Positions 52,878 through 61,377 of a DNA stretch of 64,000 nt are shown one piece after another. This DNA comes from a virus, in the IMG/VR virus record IMGVR_UViG_3300020219_000016, positions 7,915-71,914 of that record; one strand, 5' to 3'. The first letter of the stretch is position 1, and each line of letters starts with the position of its first letter. The notes beneath the pieces were generated by a model. The model was not told where the DNA came from. It ran no database searches and saw nothing but the letters and a program-made list of their open reading frames with translations. Both the position numbers and the translations under genes were made by a program.

Positions 52878-53051
52878 ATGACGAAAGTAATAAAATCCAG
52901 CAGCGTAGATCTTAGTCAGCGTGAAATTGTGGCGACGTTCGAGTCACTCGAAGAAGCTGTCGTGTACATTGCAGAGCACACAGTTGATGGTGTTAACGTC
53001 AGCGAAGATCCCGATTGCGACTATCTGCGGATCGATGGTGTTGACGACTAA
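52878..53051 (+). CDS. small acidic early protein (57 aa, not in ORF track)
   Basis: ATG after repeat RBS; MTKVIKSSS...DGVDD. Confidence 0.65.
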   Translation: MTKVIKSSSVDLSQREIVATFESLEEAVVYIAEHTVDGVNVSEDPDCDYLRIDGVDD

Positions 53052-53146
53052 GTTGAGTCGCTCAGCAATCCCCAGCCGACCCTCCCGAGGGTCGGCTTGC
53101 GGGCGTGGTGACTTTTCGAGTTGGCCCCGCGAGGGCTAGGGAGAAA

Positions 53147-53506
53147 ATGAAGATGAACAATTTAAAATCAACAGCATCAGCAATGTACATCGAGGCAGCA
53201 AACCAGACGGAAGAATTCCTCAAATCACTGTCCTCAGATGATCGGCTCAACTGTGACGACCTGCGCGACGAGATCGCCGCCTATCGCGAGGCCGCATCGT
53301 CTGGGTCGTGGCCATTACTCTACAGATGGTTCGCGGGAAAAAATACCCCAGTCGTTTTCGCTGGTAGTGCTGGCGTGTATTGGTACGAGGTAATGGCTGA
53401 CGTCGCTGCTGGCGTCTGCTCGGTTCTGATCCGGATCGGATCGTATTATTACGAGGTTAACAGTGATGGCATGGCGACGGGAAAACACATTCGACTAGCC
53501 AACTAA
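53147..53506 (+). CDS. hypothetical early protein
   Basis: ATG after repeat RBS. Confidence 0.7.
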   Translation: MKMNNLKSTASAMYIEAANQTEEFLKSLSSDDRLNCDDLRDEIAAYREAASSGSWPLLYRWFAGKNTPVVFAGSAGVYWYEVMADVAAGVCSVLIRIGSYYYEVNSDGMATGKHIRLAN

Positions 53507-53598
53507 TCCACGCCGCCTGACAGCCGATCCTTACGAGGGTCGGCTTGCGGGCGTGGTGACTTTTCGAGTTGGCCCCGCGAGGGCCGGGAGAAATTCAT

Positions 53599-53886
53599 AT
53601 GAGCCGACAGTTGTCCTCAGACGACATCCTACACGTCCGTCACGGATTAAGATTTCATCTGTGGCGAGTGCTCTGTGAGTCTCCTCCTGTGCTGCCTGAT
53701 CCGCTGGATCAATGTCGCGATCGGGCGACGCATGTTTTGACGGAGGAAGAGGCGTGTTTCTTCAGGCTATTTATTCCGCCTTTTGTTTCGCCGATCGTCC
53801 ACGAGGTCGAGACGATCCGAGATTTCGTACCGTCGATCAGCCGACGTTTACGTTTCGCTGAACAGATCAGCGACATTGAGAATTAA
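53599..53886 (+). CDS. hypothetical early protein
   Basis: ATG after repeat RBS. Confidence 0.7.
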   Translation: MSRQLSSDDILHVRHGLRFHLWRVLCESPPVLPDPLDQCRDRATHVLTEEEACFFRLFIPPFVSPIVHEVETIRDFVPSISRRLRFAEQISDIEN

Positions 53887-53939
53887 GTGCTCTGTCTTTT
53901 TAACGAGGGTGGCCCCGCGAGGGCCTGGAGAATTGAACG

Positions 53940-54092
53940 ATGAAACGTTTCCAGATTATCGGTGGTGATTTTAGCCCGATCGAATCAGAGTCGATATTCG
54001 ACTCAATGGCCGAGGCTCAGGCGTCGCTTGAATTTCTTCAGGAAATGAATCCAGATTGCGATGCACGCATTGTGGAAATCAATGCCGAGTAA
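53940..54092 (+). CDS. small acidic early protein (50 aa, not in ORF track)
   Basis: ATG after repeat RBS; MKRFQIIGG...EINAE. Confidence 0.65.
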   Translation: MKRFQIIGGDFSPIESESIFDSMAEAQASLEFLQEMNPDCDARIVEINAE

Positions 54093-54121
54093 TTAGCCGT
54101 CCAGTTTTTTAAGGCTATGAC

Positions 54122-54355
54122 ATGACTTTTGCGAATCGTCAGACCGTACATTTATCGAATTATGCGGTCGCGCTTAGCAAGGATCTTCAGGCCGAGTTGG
54201 GCTGCGAGTCCATGTCTGAGCTGCTGGAGTGGCTGATACTGAGTCAGCGTCATTCATTCGTTGATGCGCGTGCATTGCTGAGTCAGCGGAGCAAGCGTGG
54301 GCGGCGGTGGCCGAATGTGCTTTCGGATGATGCCGTGTTACCGCCAGAGGGCTGA
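54122..54355 (+). CDS. possible ribbon-helix-helix regulator
   Basis: RQTVHLS...L...L...SMSELLEWLI. Confidence 0.55.
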   Translation: MTFANRQTVHLSNYAVALSKDLQAELGCESMSELLEWLILSQRHSFVDARALLSQRSKRGRRWPNVLSDDAVLPPEG

Positions 54356-54472
54356 CACGATTTGTGCGTATCGCTTTGATTAAACCGGCGGCGAGAGATC
54401 GCCGCCATTGAAACCGACGTTGCCGCCGCTCGGTTTCAATCAATTGTTATGCGGCGATCTGGAGACTTAGCG

Positions 54473-54730
54473 ATGGCCGTAATTATTAAACCCGGACCAA
54501 CCGACCCAGTCACAAATAGTATCTGGCTAGAGGACACCGAGACCGGGGAGCAATATTTTTTGGACGGTGGAGATGGACAAGACGTGGGGTGCGATGTCGA
54601 GACGGGTGATGATCCGTGGTGGTCGGCATTCGTCTCAGGATGCGACGGGAAAAGTCGAGAGGAAGCGGATGAATGGCTTGATGAGCATGCTGATTGTGGA
54701 AGCGACGGATGGGAGCTCCCGTCCGCATAA
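54473..54730 (+). CDS. very acidic small protein
   Basis: GGAG RBS, D/E/W-rich. Confidence 0.65.
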   Translation: MAVIIKPGPTDPVTNSIWLEDTETGEQYFLDGGDGQDVGCDVETGDDPWWSAFVSGCDGKSREEADEWLDEHADCGSDGWELPSA

Positions 54731-54854
54731 CAATGCCTTCTCAGTGGCTTTTTCACTGACATGGTGATTGATGGTCGATTACCAACAACGAAGTTCAGTC
54801 CGAGGTGGGCTGAGTGGGTTTCAAACGTTCCGAGGCGGAACAAAGGGGTTTCTG

Positions 54855-55250
54855 ATGATTGATTCATCTTCTGCGCCTGCTGCGCTAGTACCTTCCATTT
54901 CTGACCGTCCTATTCGCGTCGTAGTGCTGCGATCTGAGGATAGTGTTCTGTGGATCGAGCCGAACAGAAATGGATTAACCAGCTATGTCTGGTCGCGTCG
55001 CCTGAACAGTTCTATAGCCAGGCTTGTTCGGCAGTTCTACACAAAGGCTGAGGCACAAGTCGTCGCACGGCAGCTCGGTTTCCTTTTGTCTGATGTTCGG
55101 CAGCATGAGACTCGTTTCCATCGGTTTTGGTGTGTGATCGGAAACGAAGGTGGTCTTCTGGCTGACGAGTCGTCAGTGGTCAATGCACAGTGTGATCCCC
55201 TTCAGGATGTGATTGCTGGGCATTCACGGTTTCTGCCGTCTCCGGCGTGA
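54855..55250 (+). CDS. hypothetical protein
   Basis: ORF 54768..55250. Confidence 0.55.
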   Translation: MIDSSSAPAALVPSISDRPIRVVVLRSEDSVLWIEPNRNGLTSYVWSRRLNSSIARLVRQFYTKAEAQVVARQLGFLLSDVRQHETRFHRFWCVIGNEGGLLADESSVVNAQCDPLQDVIAGHSRFLPSPA

Positions 55251-55384
55251 ACAAACAATCCCTGCGGGGATTTGTCTCTCAGGTTTCCTCCTCCACGTTT
55301 GGCGAGAGACGGGCAACACAGCGAGGTGCTGTGGCTGACGGAAACAAAACAACTGCCGGGAGGACCGGCAAAGAAAGTAAGACC

Positions 55385-56368
55385 ATGTCTACAGTAGCAC
55401 AGAGTGAGTCACGGTATCAGTTGCGCTATAAACTGACACCAAAGGCGATTATTGAACGGGTGAAGGCGACAGGTGATTCTGGCATTGACGTCGGCGTCAC
55501 AATCAAGCACGGCGATCCGCATTTTGAGCGTGCGGTTGATTTGATTGGGCTTGACAAGATGAGTGGCAAGTCAAGTTACCAGTGGATCGTCGTGGATGGC
55601 GAATTTGATTCGATGGATATTACGGCTGACGTGCTTCTGGATAAGCTCGAGGAGGCTGTCCGTGAGCAAGAGGAAGAATGGGACGAGGCACGCGCTGAGT
55701 ATGAGGCCGAAGTTCAGCGACTTCTAACGTGTGATCCGAAGGCATTGCTGTGCAATCGCAACGGCGTTCGGAGTGCGATTGATAATCCACCATCGCATGA
55801 TAAGCCGTGGGTACAAGCTCCTGCGTTGGCCTTCTTGTTTCCGAAGGCCGGAGCAAAAAATCAGTCTCGCAATGAGCCATTGTCAAACAAGCGATGTGCT
55901 GACGTGGTGGCGGAAATGGCCAGGTTGATTCAGGAACAGGATATCATTCTGTCAGCGATCGAGGCAGGCGTTAAATCGGCTGCTGCCAACGACCGATCGG
56001 GCTGGATCGAATTGAACGGAAGCGATCGTCTGAAGAAATGTTCCGCAGAAGGGATTCAGTGCGACGCGATCTATCGTGATGAGCGGCTGGCGAGCGAGAG
56101 GCCGGGTTGGTGCTGGTACGATCAATGTGTCGGCGCAAGCGATGCTCCTCGGAATCCTGACAGTGAAGCATTTGAAATGCTGGAAGATGCGCGAAAGTTC
56201 GACGCTGAATCTGAAATGTATTTTCATACAGTGTCAGCGTACGATGAGTTTGACGACGACGGCTTCACTGGCGAGAGAAATAATGGATGGCGTGGCTACA
56301 CTGCCGAGGCTATGTTTCAGGGAAAGCGAATCACCTTCGGGCTGCCTGAAGAGTTCTGGGAGAAGTAG
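55385..56368 (+). CDS. hypothetical protein
   Basis: ORF 55247..56368, likely start 55385; WI...GSDRLK...Y.DERL..ERPGW. Confidence 0.75.
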   Translation: MSTVAQSESRYQLRYKLTPKAIIERVKATGDSGIDVGVTIKHGDPHFERAVDLIGLDKMSGKSSYQWIVVDGEFDSMDITADVLLDKLEEAVREQEEEWDEARAEYEAEVQRLLTCDPKALLCNRNGVRSAIDNPPSHDKPWVQAPALAFLFPKAGAKNQSRNEPLSNKRCADVVAEMARLIQEQDIILSAIEAGVKSAAANDRSGWIELNGSDRLKKCSAEGIQCDAIYRDERLASERPGWCWYDQCVGASDAPRNPDSEAFEMLEDARKFDAESEMYFHTVSAYDEFDDDGFTGERNNGWRGYTAEAMFQGKRITFGLPEEFWEK

Positions 56369-56392
56369 TCACGTGGTGACGTGAATAAACCG

Positions 56393-56422
56393 TGAGGCAG
56401 GTGGAAGCGCCTGCCTCATTTT
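56393..56422 (+). terminator. intrinsic terminator
   Basis: TGAGGCAGG..CCTGCCTCA-TTTT. Confidence 0.6.
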
Positions 56423-56454
56423 GTTTCCAATAGTATCTCTTTGAGGATTACACC

Positions 56455-56646
56455 ATGATGATTTCAGTCGGGGACAATGTACAGTGTGTCGAAGACGGCT
56501 GGGCCGGTCGCGTGACAGGCTTCGCGCGGCAGAACGGTGTTACGATGCTGGTCTGCCATCACGTGGTGGCGGGAGAGATTGAATTAGACGATAAGCGGTG
56601 GCTTGACCCTCGCGACGTTCACGTGGTCACTTCGGCATGTGCGTAG
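56455..56646 (+). CDS. SH3-like small protein
   Basis: GAGGA RBS; ISVGDNV...G.V. Confidence 0.65.
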   Translation: MMISVGDNVQCVEDGWAGRVTGFARQNGVTMLVCHHVVAGEIELDDKRWLDPRDVHVVTSACA

Positions 56647-56743
56647 TGATTCAGATGCCGGGTAGGGTGAAAACCGAATCTGAGTCTCTAGTGTCAGCAG
56701 GTTATTGGGCTGATGGCGTGAGGCGGCACATGTACGGTATGGT

Positions 56744-56794
56744 AAAAACGGATTTGGAAAACCGAAACCAAAAAACGGATTTGGAAAACCGAAA
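56744..56794 (+). repeat. tandem 24-bp repeat, 27-bp period
   Basis: AAAAACGGATTTGGAAAACCGAAA x2. Confidence 0.8.
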
Positions 56795-57165
56795 TGGAAA
56801 ACAGAAAAACGATTGAGCAAGTGGCCGGTATGCTTAAAACGGAAACGGAAAATCAATTCCGAAATGGTGCGTCGATGTATGTGTTCAACTGGCCTGCGTC
56901 GAGCGACTCGTGGAAAGCGAAGATGCCGACGTATGTGGTTGAGACTCCGCCCACCACAATAACTGTAGCGATTAGTCAACAAATGTATGGCTTGCCGGTG
57001 TACGTCACTCGCAGAGGCTTGTTTGGCTTCGTGCCTGATGGGCCGAGTTACGTTCCGAGACGGGAAAAGGCTTCAGAATGCACCTTAAACGCGACGGGCT
57101 TTCAGATATCCGTTATGGTTGCATTTACAATCGGAATGCTGTGTGCGATCGCGGGGGCGTTTTGA
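56794..57165 (+). CDS. hypothetical protein with C-terminal TM helix
   Basis: 123 aa ORF. Confidence 0.5.
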   Translation: MENRKTIEQVAGMLKTETENQFRNGASMYVFNWPASSDSWKAKMPTYVVETPPTTITVAISQQMYGLPVYVTRRGLFGFVPDGPSYVPRREKASECTLNATGFQISVMVAFTIGMLCAIAGAF

Positions 57166-57528
57166 CCGGCAGTTCAGATCAGAATCTGAATCGGATTTGA
57201 AAAACGAGCAAGCCGTTTTGGATTTCGTTTTGGAATTTTCGGCTGGACCTGATAGTCCCACACTTTTTTTTCATTGACGGGGGGGGGGTCTTTTTGAAAA
57301 CCGGGTCGAGCGTTTTTTCGTTTGCGTGGTGAGGTGAAAATCGCTGAGATAATTTTCGCCGGAGGGCAGTTTGGGCAATCTGGCCGTTCCGGTTGTGGTT
57401 CCGTTTTTGCGTGCCTGAAATCGCATAGGATCACTCAGGATGCAATCGGATTGAACTAGACGACAGAATATACGCTGAGAATCGGAACGCGGTTAAAGGC
57501 ACGTTTTGGCGTTTGGCGCTAACGGCAT

Positions 57529-57603
57529 AAAAAACAACGCGGGAAACGTGTTGCCGGGAAATTGTGGTTCCGGGGTTTGCGTTTCCCGCGTTGTGCGCGG
57601 GTT
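57529..57603 (-). terminator. minus-strand terminator with competing 5' hairpin, copy 1
   Basis: AACCCGCGCACAACGCGGGAAACG...CGTTTCCCGCGTTG-T6. Confidence 0.65.
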
Positions 57604-57696
57604 GAACTTGGTCAAATTATGGCCGATTGTTTCGGACTGGTTTGTGGCTCCTATCAACAGGACGATGAAAACGACATCGGTTCAGAGAATTGCGAT

Positions 57697-57771
57697 CGAT
57701 TGCCAGCGATTGTCAGCGATTGTCAGTAATCGTGTTGCCAGCGATTGCCAGTGCTCGCCATCGCTCGCCAG
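57697..57771. repeat. degenerate 10-bp tandem repeats
   Basis: CGATTGYCAG units. Confidence 0.7.
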
Positions 57772-57775
57772 CAAT

Positions 57776-57839
57776 AAAAAAAACGCGGGGAATGCTCAAA
57801 CCGTTTCCGGAAGGCATTCCCCGCGTTGTGCGCGGGTTT
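57776..57839 (-). terminator. minus-strand terminator with competing 5' hairpin, copy 2
   Basis: AAACCCGCGCACAACGCGGGGAATGC...GCATTCCCCGCG-T8. Confidence 0.7.
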
Positions 57840-57852
57840 GTGGTTGTGGTTA

Positions 57853-58011
57853 CTATGTCGGAACGGGTGGAAACCAATCGGGACGACGGTTTGTGTCTTC
57901 CCACAATTCGGCCAAACGATTGTATTCGGCTCGTTCCTTTCCTTCCAGTGTTTCTCCTGAGATAACGCGGTTCAGCATCGCGTTAAACGTTTCCCGTTCA
58001 ATTCTTGACAT
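57853..58011 (-). CDS. small early protein (52 aa, not in ORF track)
   Basis: AAGGA RBS; MSRIERETFN...FPPVPT. Confidence 0.55.
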   Translation of the reverse strand: MSRIERETFNAMLNRVISGETLEGKERAEYNRLAELWEDTNRRPDWFPPVPT

Positions 58012-58426
58012 TGTTTATCCTTTCGCCGCAGACTCGCTCGATAGACCAGTCGGAATCGATTCGGTGAACCGGAAGGTTTGCATTGCAGGACCAGCAATTG
58101 TAACGCGCTGAATTGTCGATATCAACGCCATCTAGTTGCATGGCGGTCTCAGTCTCAGTTACTCCGGATGGATAGACGTCGGCAGGAAATTGCGAAAGCA
58201 ATTTAAGCAATTCTTTTCCGCTGACATTGTGTTTTTGCATTGTGGTTGCTCCTGGTAATGGTGAAACTGAAAACGTAGTCAATTCCGGTTTGATGTACTT
58301 TCCGGAGTCCAGACGTCTGAAACGTTTCGATGACAGCTTAACGCAATCGGCGATTGTTTCGTTTCCGTGTTCGTCGAATATCGAACAACGGAAACGTTCG
58401 CCAAGTTTAAGTTCACTGAACTGCAT
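57998..58426 (-). CDS. hypothetical early protein (second internal start with CAGGAG RBS at 58240)
   Basis: ORF 57998..58438. Confidence 0.55.
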   Translation of the reverse strand: MQFSELKLGERFRCSIFDEHGNETIADCVKLSSKRFRRLDSGKYIKPELTTFSVSPLPGATTMQKHNVSGKELLKLLSQFPADVYPSGVTETETAMQLDGVDIDNSARYNCWSCNANLPVHRIDSDWSIERVCGERINNVKN

Positions 58427-58601
58427 TGCCAGCCTCAATTCTCGCCTGATTCCTCGCTATCAGGATAGCGCGGTTTTCCGGATTGTCCGGCAGTGTCTCA
58501 ACGTGTTGCCCGTTGCGCAGGACGACAAGCGTACGGATCAAAAACGGAAACGTACGTTTTTCTTCGGATCTTTGGATAACTTGCCAGCTGTCGGATTTCA
58601 T
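58413..58601 (-). CDS. small early protein
   Basis: ATGA-coupled to upstream gene. Confidence 0.55.
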   Translation of the reverse strand: MKSDSWQVIQRSEEKRTFPFLIRTLVVLRNGQHVETLPDNPENRAILIARNQARIEAGNAVQ

Positions 58602-58834
58602 CGGTTGACTTTCTTTGACGGGAGTCCAATCGGTTCCGAGGTATAGCGTTGTCGCGTCGCGAACGGCAACCAGTTGAATGCTGCCATTGCTTGTTCGGCG
58701 TTGGCATGATACGACATCGGGAACCAACTGGAACCTGATTTGACATCGAGACAAGCGCCGCGGTCAAGCCTGGGATTCTTGCAACGCGAAATGACGATAG
58801 CAATCGGAATGGTTTGTGGTTCAATGGTTTTCAT
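58598..58834 (-). CDS. small early protein
   Basis: Start-associated TTACAGGAGTTC. Confidence 0.65.
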   Translation of the reverse strand: MKTIEPQTIPIAIVISRCKNPRLDRGACLDVKSGSSWFPMSYHANAEQAMAAFNWLPFATRQRYTSEPIGLPSKKVNR

Positions 58835-58863
58835 AGTCTGAACTCCTGTAATGTGGTGAATTA

Positions 58864-59223
58864 TCAAACTGAGAACGAATTGACGCGATCCATAATTTCG
58901 GTTGCCTCAATTTGTGTCATCCCGTTGAGACTATCCAGACTTTCAAACCGCGGATTTGTGTCGAATTCGCGCTGCCATGCCAGGTCGCGTGGGCTGAACA
59001 CTTTCAGAAACTCGAGATATTCGGAAGAACCTTCACCGAAGACATCTATCATTGCTGTTTTGATATAACCGATTGCAAACCCGCGATTTTCATTATCTGC
59101 GGAGATACTTGCGTTTTCCAAATTGCAAAGCAATCTCTGCATCCTTTCAGTATCGTGGACATCGTGAAAATTGTCCCAAACGTACTGACAGAGTGTCTCG
59201 GTAAGTGTTTCGAGATTTTGCAT
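58864..59223 (-). CDS. hypothetical early protein
   Basis: Start-associated TTACAGGAGTTC. Confidence 0.7.
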   Translation of the reverse strand: MQNLETLTETLCQYVWDNFHDVHDTERMQRLLCNLENASISADNENRGFAIGYIKTAMIDVFGEGSSEYLEFLKVFSPRDLAWQREFDTNPRFESLDSLNGMTQIEATEIMDRVNSFSV

Positions 59224-59321
59224 ATGAACTCCTGTAAGGTGGTGAATTGCGAGCAAACGTAAACCTCGCAACCGTGCGCACGGGATTCCGTGCGCAGTGT
59301 TCCAGGGTTTGTGGGAACGTG

Positions 59322-61187
59322 TTAACGGTCTTGAGAAAGCGGCATCATCAGATAACCCCCATTGATTCCATCACAAGTCAGCAGACAAGCTGTGTCCGGA
59401 GAATTGAAACCGATTGAAACGTTTTCAGACTTGCCGGTTTTCAGATATTCGGCAACGTATTTCGGATCGAGCGTAATTGGTTTCAAATGCTGTCCTGTTG
59501 CGTCAACGTTGTCGTAAGTGTTGATCCGGACAGCATCACAATTGACAACGGATTTGCCACAATTGGCGGACTGAGAAACCAGTTCAAGCTGCGCTGAACT
59601 TGAAAACGGAAACCTGAAATCAACGCCACTTGATTCTTCGTCTGTTGCAACCATTGCCGACTGAACCGCGCTCAAAAGCGTAGCGCGGTTGAAATCGAAA
59701 TTTGACGCAAATGAACGTGGAATTACGTCACGATAACGCGGAAATCTGCCATCGATGACTGAACCTCGTAGCGAGAAAGCGCCTGGCAATTCAAAAACGA
59801 ATTCAGTGCGAAGTGTCTGCATTGTCAGAATTCCGTCAATCGTGACTATCCGTTGTCCGGGTCCGCTGGTTTCTTTTGCGTACGCTTGTCGAGACGAAAC
59901 GACAACTTCGGCAACCGCAAACGAAACGACTGACGTTTTCCGTTTTTTGATTTCGTCCGCCAGCAGGTTCAGCGCGCGACAAGGAATCACGGCGGTTTGC
60001 TTGTCTTCCGGCAGTGTTCCGAGAACTTCTGCCGGCAACGTTTCCCACGCAAGACGTCGCGAGTCGGTTCCAACAATGTCGAGTGTATCGGCACCAGTCG
60101 GCGCGAAACACAAACCGCCAAGCGCGTAGCGAGACGATTCCGTGTCTGTTGCAAATTCGCAATTTTCGATTGCGCTGAACAGTTCAGTCGCGTTGAGATT
60201 GTGCGCAAACGATGCTGGAAAGTCAGACGTAAACGCGGTAGAATCGTTTGGCGCTTGCGTTTTGAGCGTGAAAACCGCGCTATCGGTTTTTACAGTCAGA
60301 CTATACTCATTCAACACGTTGCAAACGTTCAAAGTGATCGTCACGAACTTCGTTTTCGTTTTCGTGCAAACGTCCAGTAGAGCAACCAATGGTAGCGAGG
60401 TTGAAACGTTGCCGGTTGCTGTGTTGCAGTTTTCGGAAAACGCGAACCGTGCATCGGCATCAAGCGCGACGAAATCAACAACGCCTTGATTGATTGAAAT
60501 CGTGAACGGGTTAACGTACGCAATTTTGCGAGTGATCAGTTTCTTTAGACGTTTCAGCGATTGCGTAAGCGTACTGCCAGCAAATTCAGCCGATGCCGTT
60601 TCCGTGTTGCGTTTTCGGAATGCGTGAACTGCCATTGCCAGGAGTTCAGTCGTGACTTTAGACGTTGCCGTTTTGTGCTCGCAAGACAGGTTCACGTCGC
60701 AAACGGTTTCCAGATAATAAATCACGTTTTCACGCTTCCATGTTGCCGGGTTTGACAGCCAATTGAAATCGCGCAGCTTGTTATGCTGCGCCGAAGAAAC
60801 CCGTTCCGCCAAAATCTCGGTAATCGGCATCGGTTCCAAGGTGTCGATTCCAGCGACTTCATTGAAACAACGGTCAACACGTTGTTTCAAGTCGTATCGG
60901 TCGATTGGCGCGCAGTGTTCCGGGTTTGTTCCGGTTTGCAAACAATGTGCGGAGCGTACACGCCATGCGTTCCCGTCGGCGCAAACGAAATCAGTGAAAC
61001 CAGCCGGCGTATTCGCGGTTTCCGCATGCCATGAATGAACCGGATTTAGAAAAGGCATTGTCTCAACGGTTGCCGGTTTGCGGTGAATTGTCAGACGATC
61101 AACGCGGCCACCGCCGTAATTAAGTCGATACGAAACCGTTTCGCGTTCCGGTTTCGTCGTTTCGTTTCGTCGTGCAATAGCTAGCAT
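59322..61187 (-). CDS. dnaN: extended beta-clamp (DnaN) homolog with ~200-aa N-terminal domain
   Basis: FATDTESSRYALGG, GTDSRRLA, IDGRFPRYRDVIP, DEESSGV, LDPKYV, YLMMPLSQDR. Confidence 0.85.
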   Translation of the reverse strand: MLAIARRNETTKPERETVSYRLNYGGGRVDRLTIHRKPATVETMPFLNPVHSWHAETANTPAGFTDFVCADGNAWRVRSAHCLQTGTNPEHCAPIDRYDLKQRVDRCFNEVAGIDTLEPMPITEILAERVSSAQHNKLRDFNWLSNPATWKRENVIYYLETVCDVNLSCEHKTATSKVTTELLAMAVHAFRKRNTETASAEFAGSTLTQSLKRLKKLITRKIAYVNPFTISINQGVVDFVALDADARFAFSENCNTATGNVSTSLPLVALLDVCTKTKTKFVTITLNVCNVLNEYSLTVKTDSAVFTLKTQAPNDSTAFTSDFPASFAHNLNATELFSAIENCEFATDTESSRYALGGLCFAPTGADTLDIVGTDSRRLAWETLPAEVLGTLPEDKQTAVIPCRALNLLADEIKKRKTSVVSFAVAEVVVSSRQAYAKETSGPGQRIVTIDGILTMQTLRTEFVFELPGAFSLRGSVIDGRFPRYRDVIPRSFASNFDFNRATLLSAVQSAMVATDEESSGVDFRFPFSSSAQLELVSQSANCGKSVVNCDAVRINTYDNVDATGQHLKPITLDPKYVAEYLKTGKSENVSIGFNSPDTACLLTCDGINGGYLMMPLSQDR

Positions 61188-61377
61188 TTTGAGCATTCCT
61201 GAATTGTGTTGCGAGTGGTGGCAACACGGGGTGAAGATATCGCGTTGAACAATCAACGCGGGAAGTAGCGAGAAACCTCGCGAGTCTGCGCACTGGAAAC
61301 AGTGCGCAGTATCCCAGGGTTTACATCGAGAGAAACCCCGCGCAGAACTTACTGCGCGGGAACTTGAAACCTGCGAA

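Larger units (their letters stand above)
52847..53931 (+). repeat. four start-associated repeats TGGCCCCGYGAGGGC..GGAGA
   Basis: Copies at 52847, 53120, 53568, 53909; 64-bp extended copies at 53073..53136 and 53521..53584. Confidence 0.9.

Noticed and set aside
52847-53931. Mini-CRISPR from the GGCCCCGCGAGGGC repeats
   Set aside because: Spacing is ~270-450 bp and each interval holds an ORF whose RBS is part of the repeat.
501-57165. Numerous minus-strand ORFs in the track
   Set aside because: They are shadows of well-supported + strand genes, with no motifs or RBS (49065..49304 kept tentatively).
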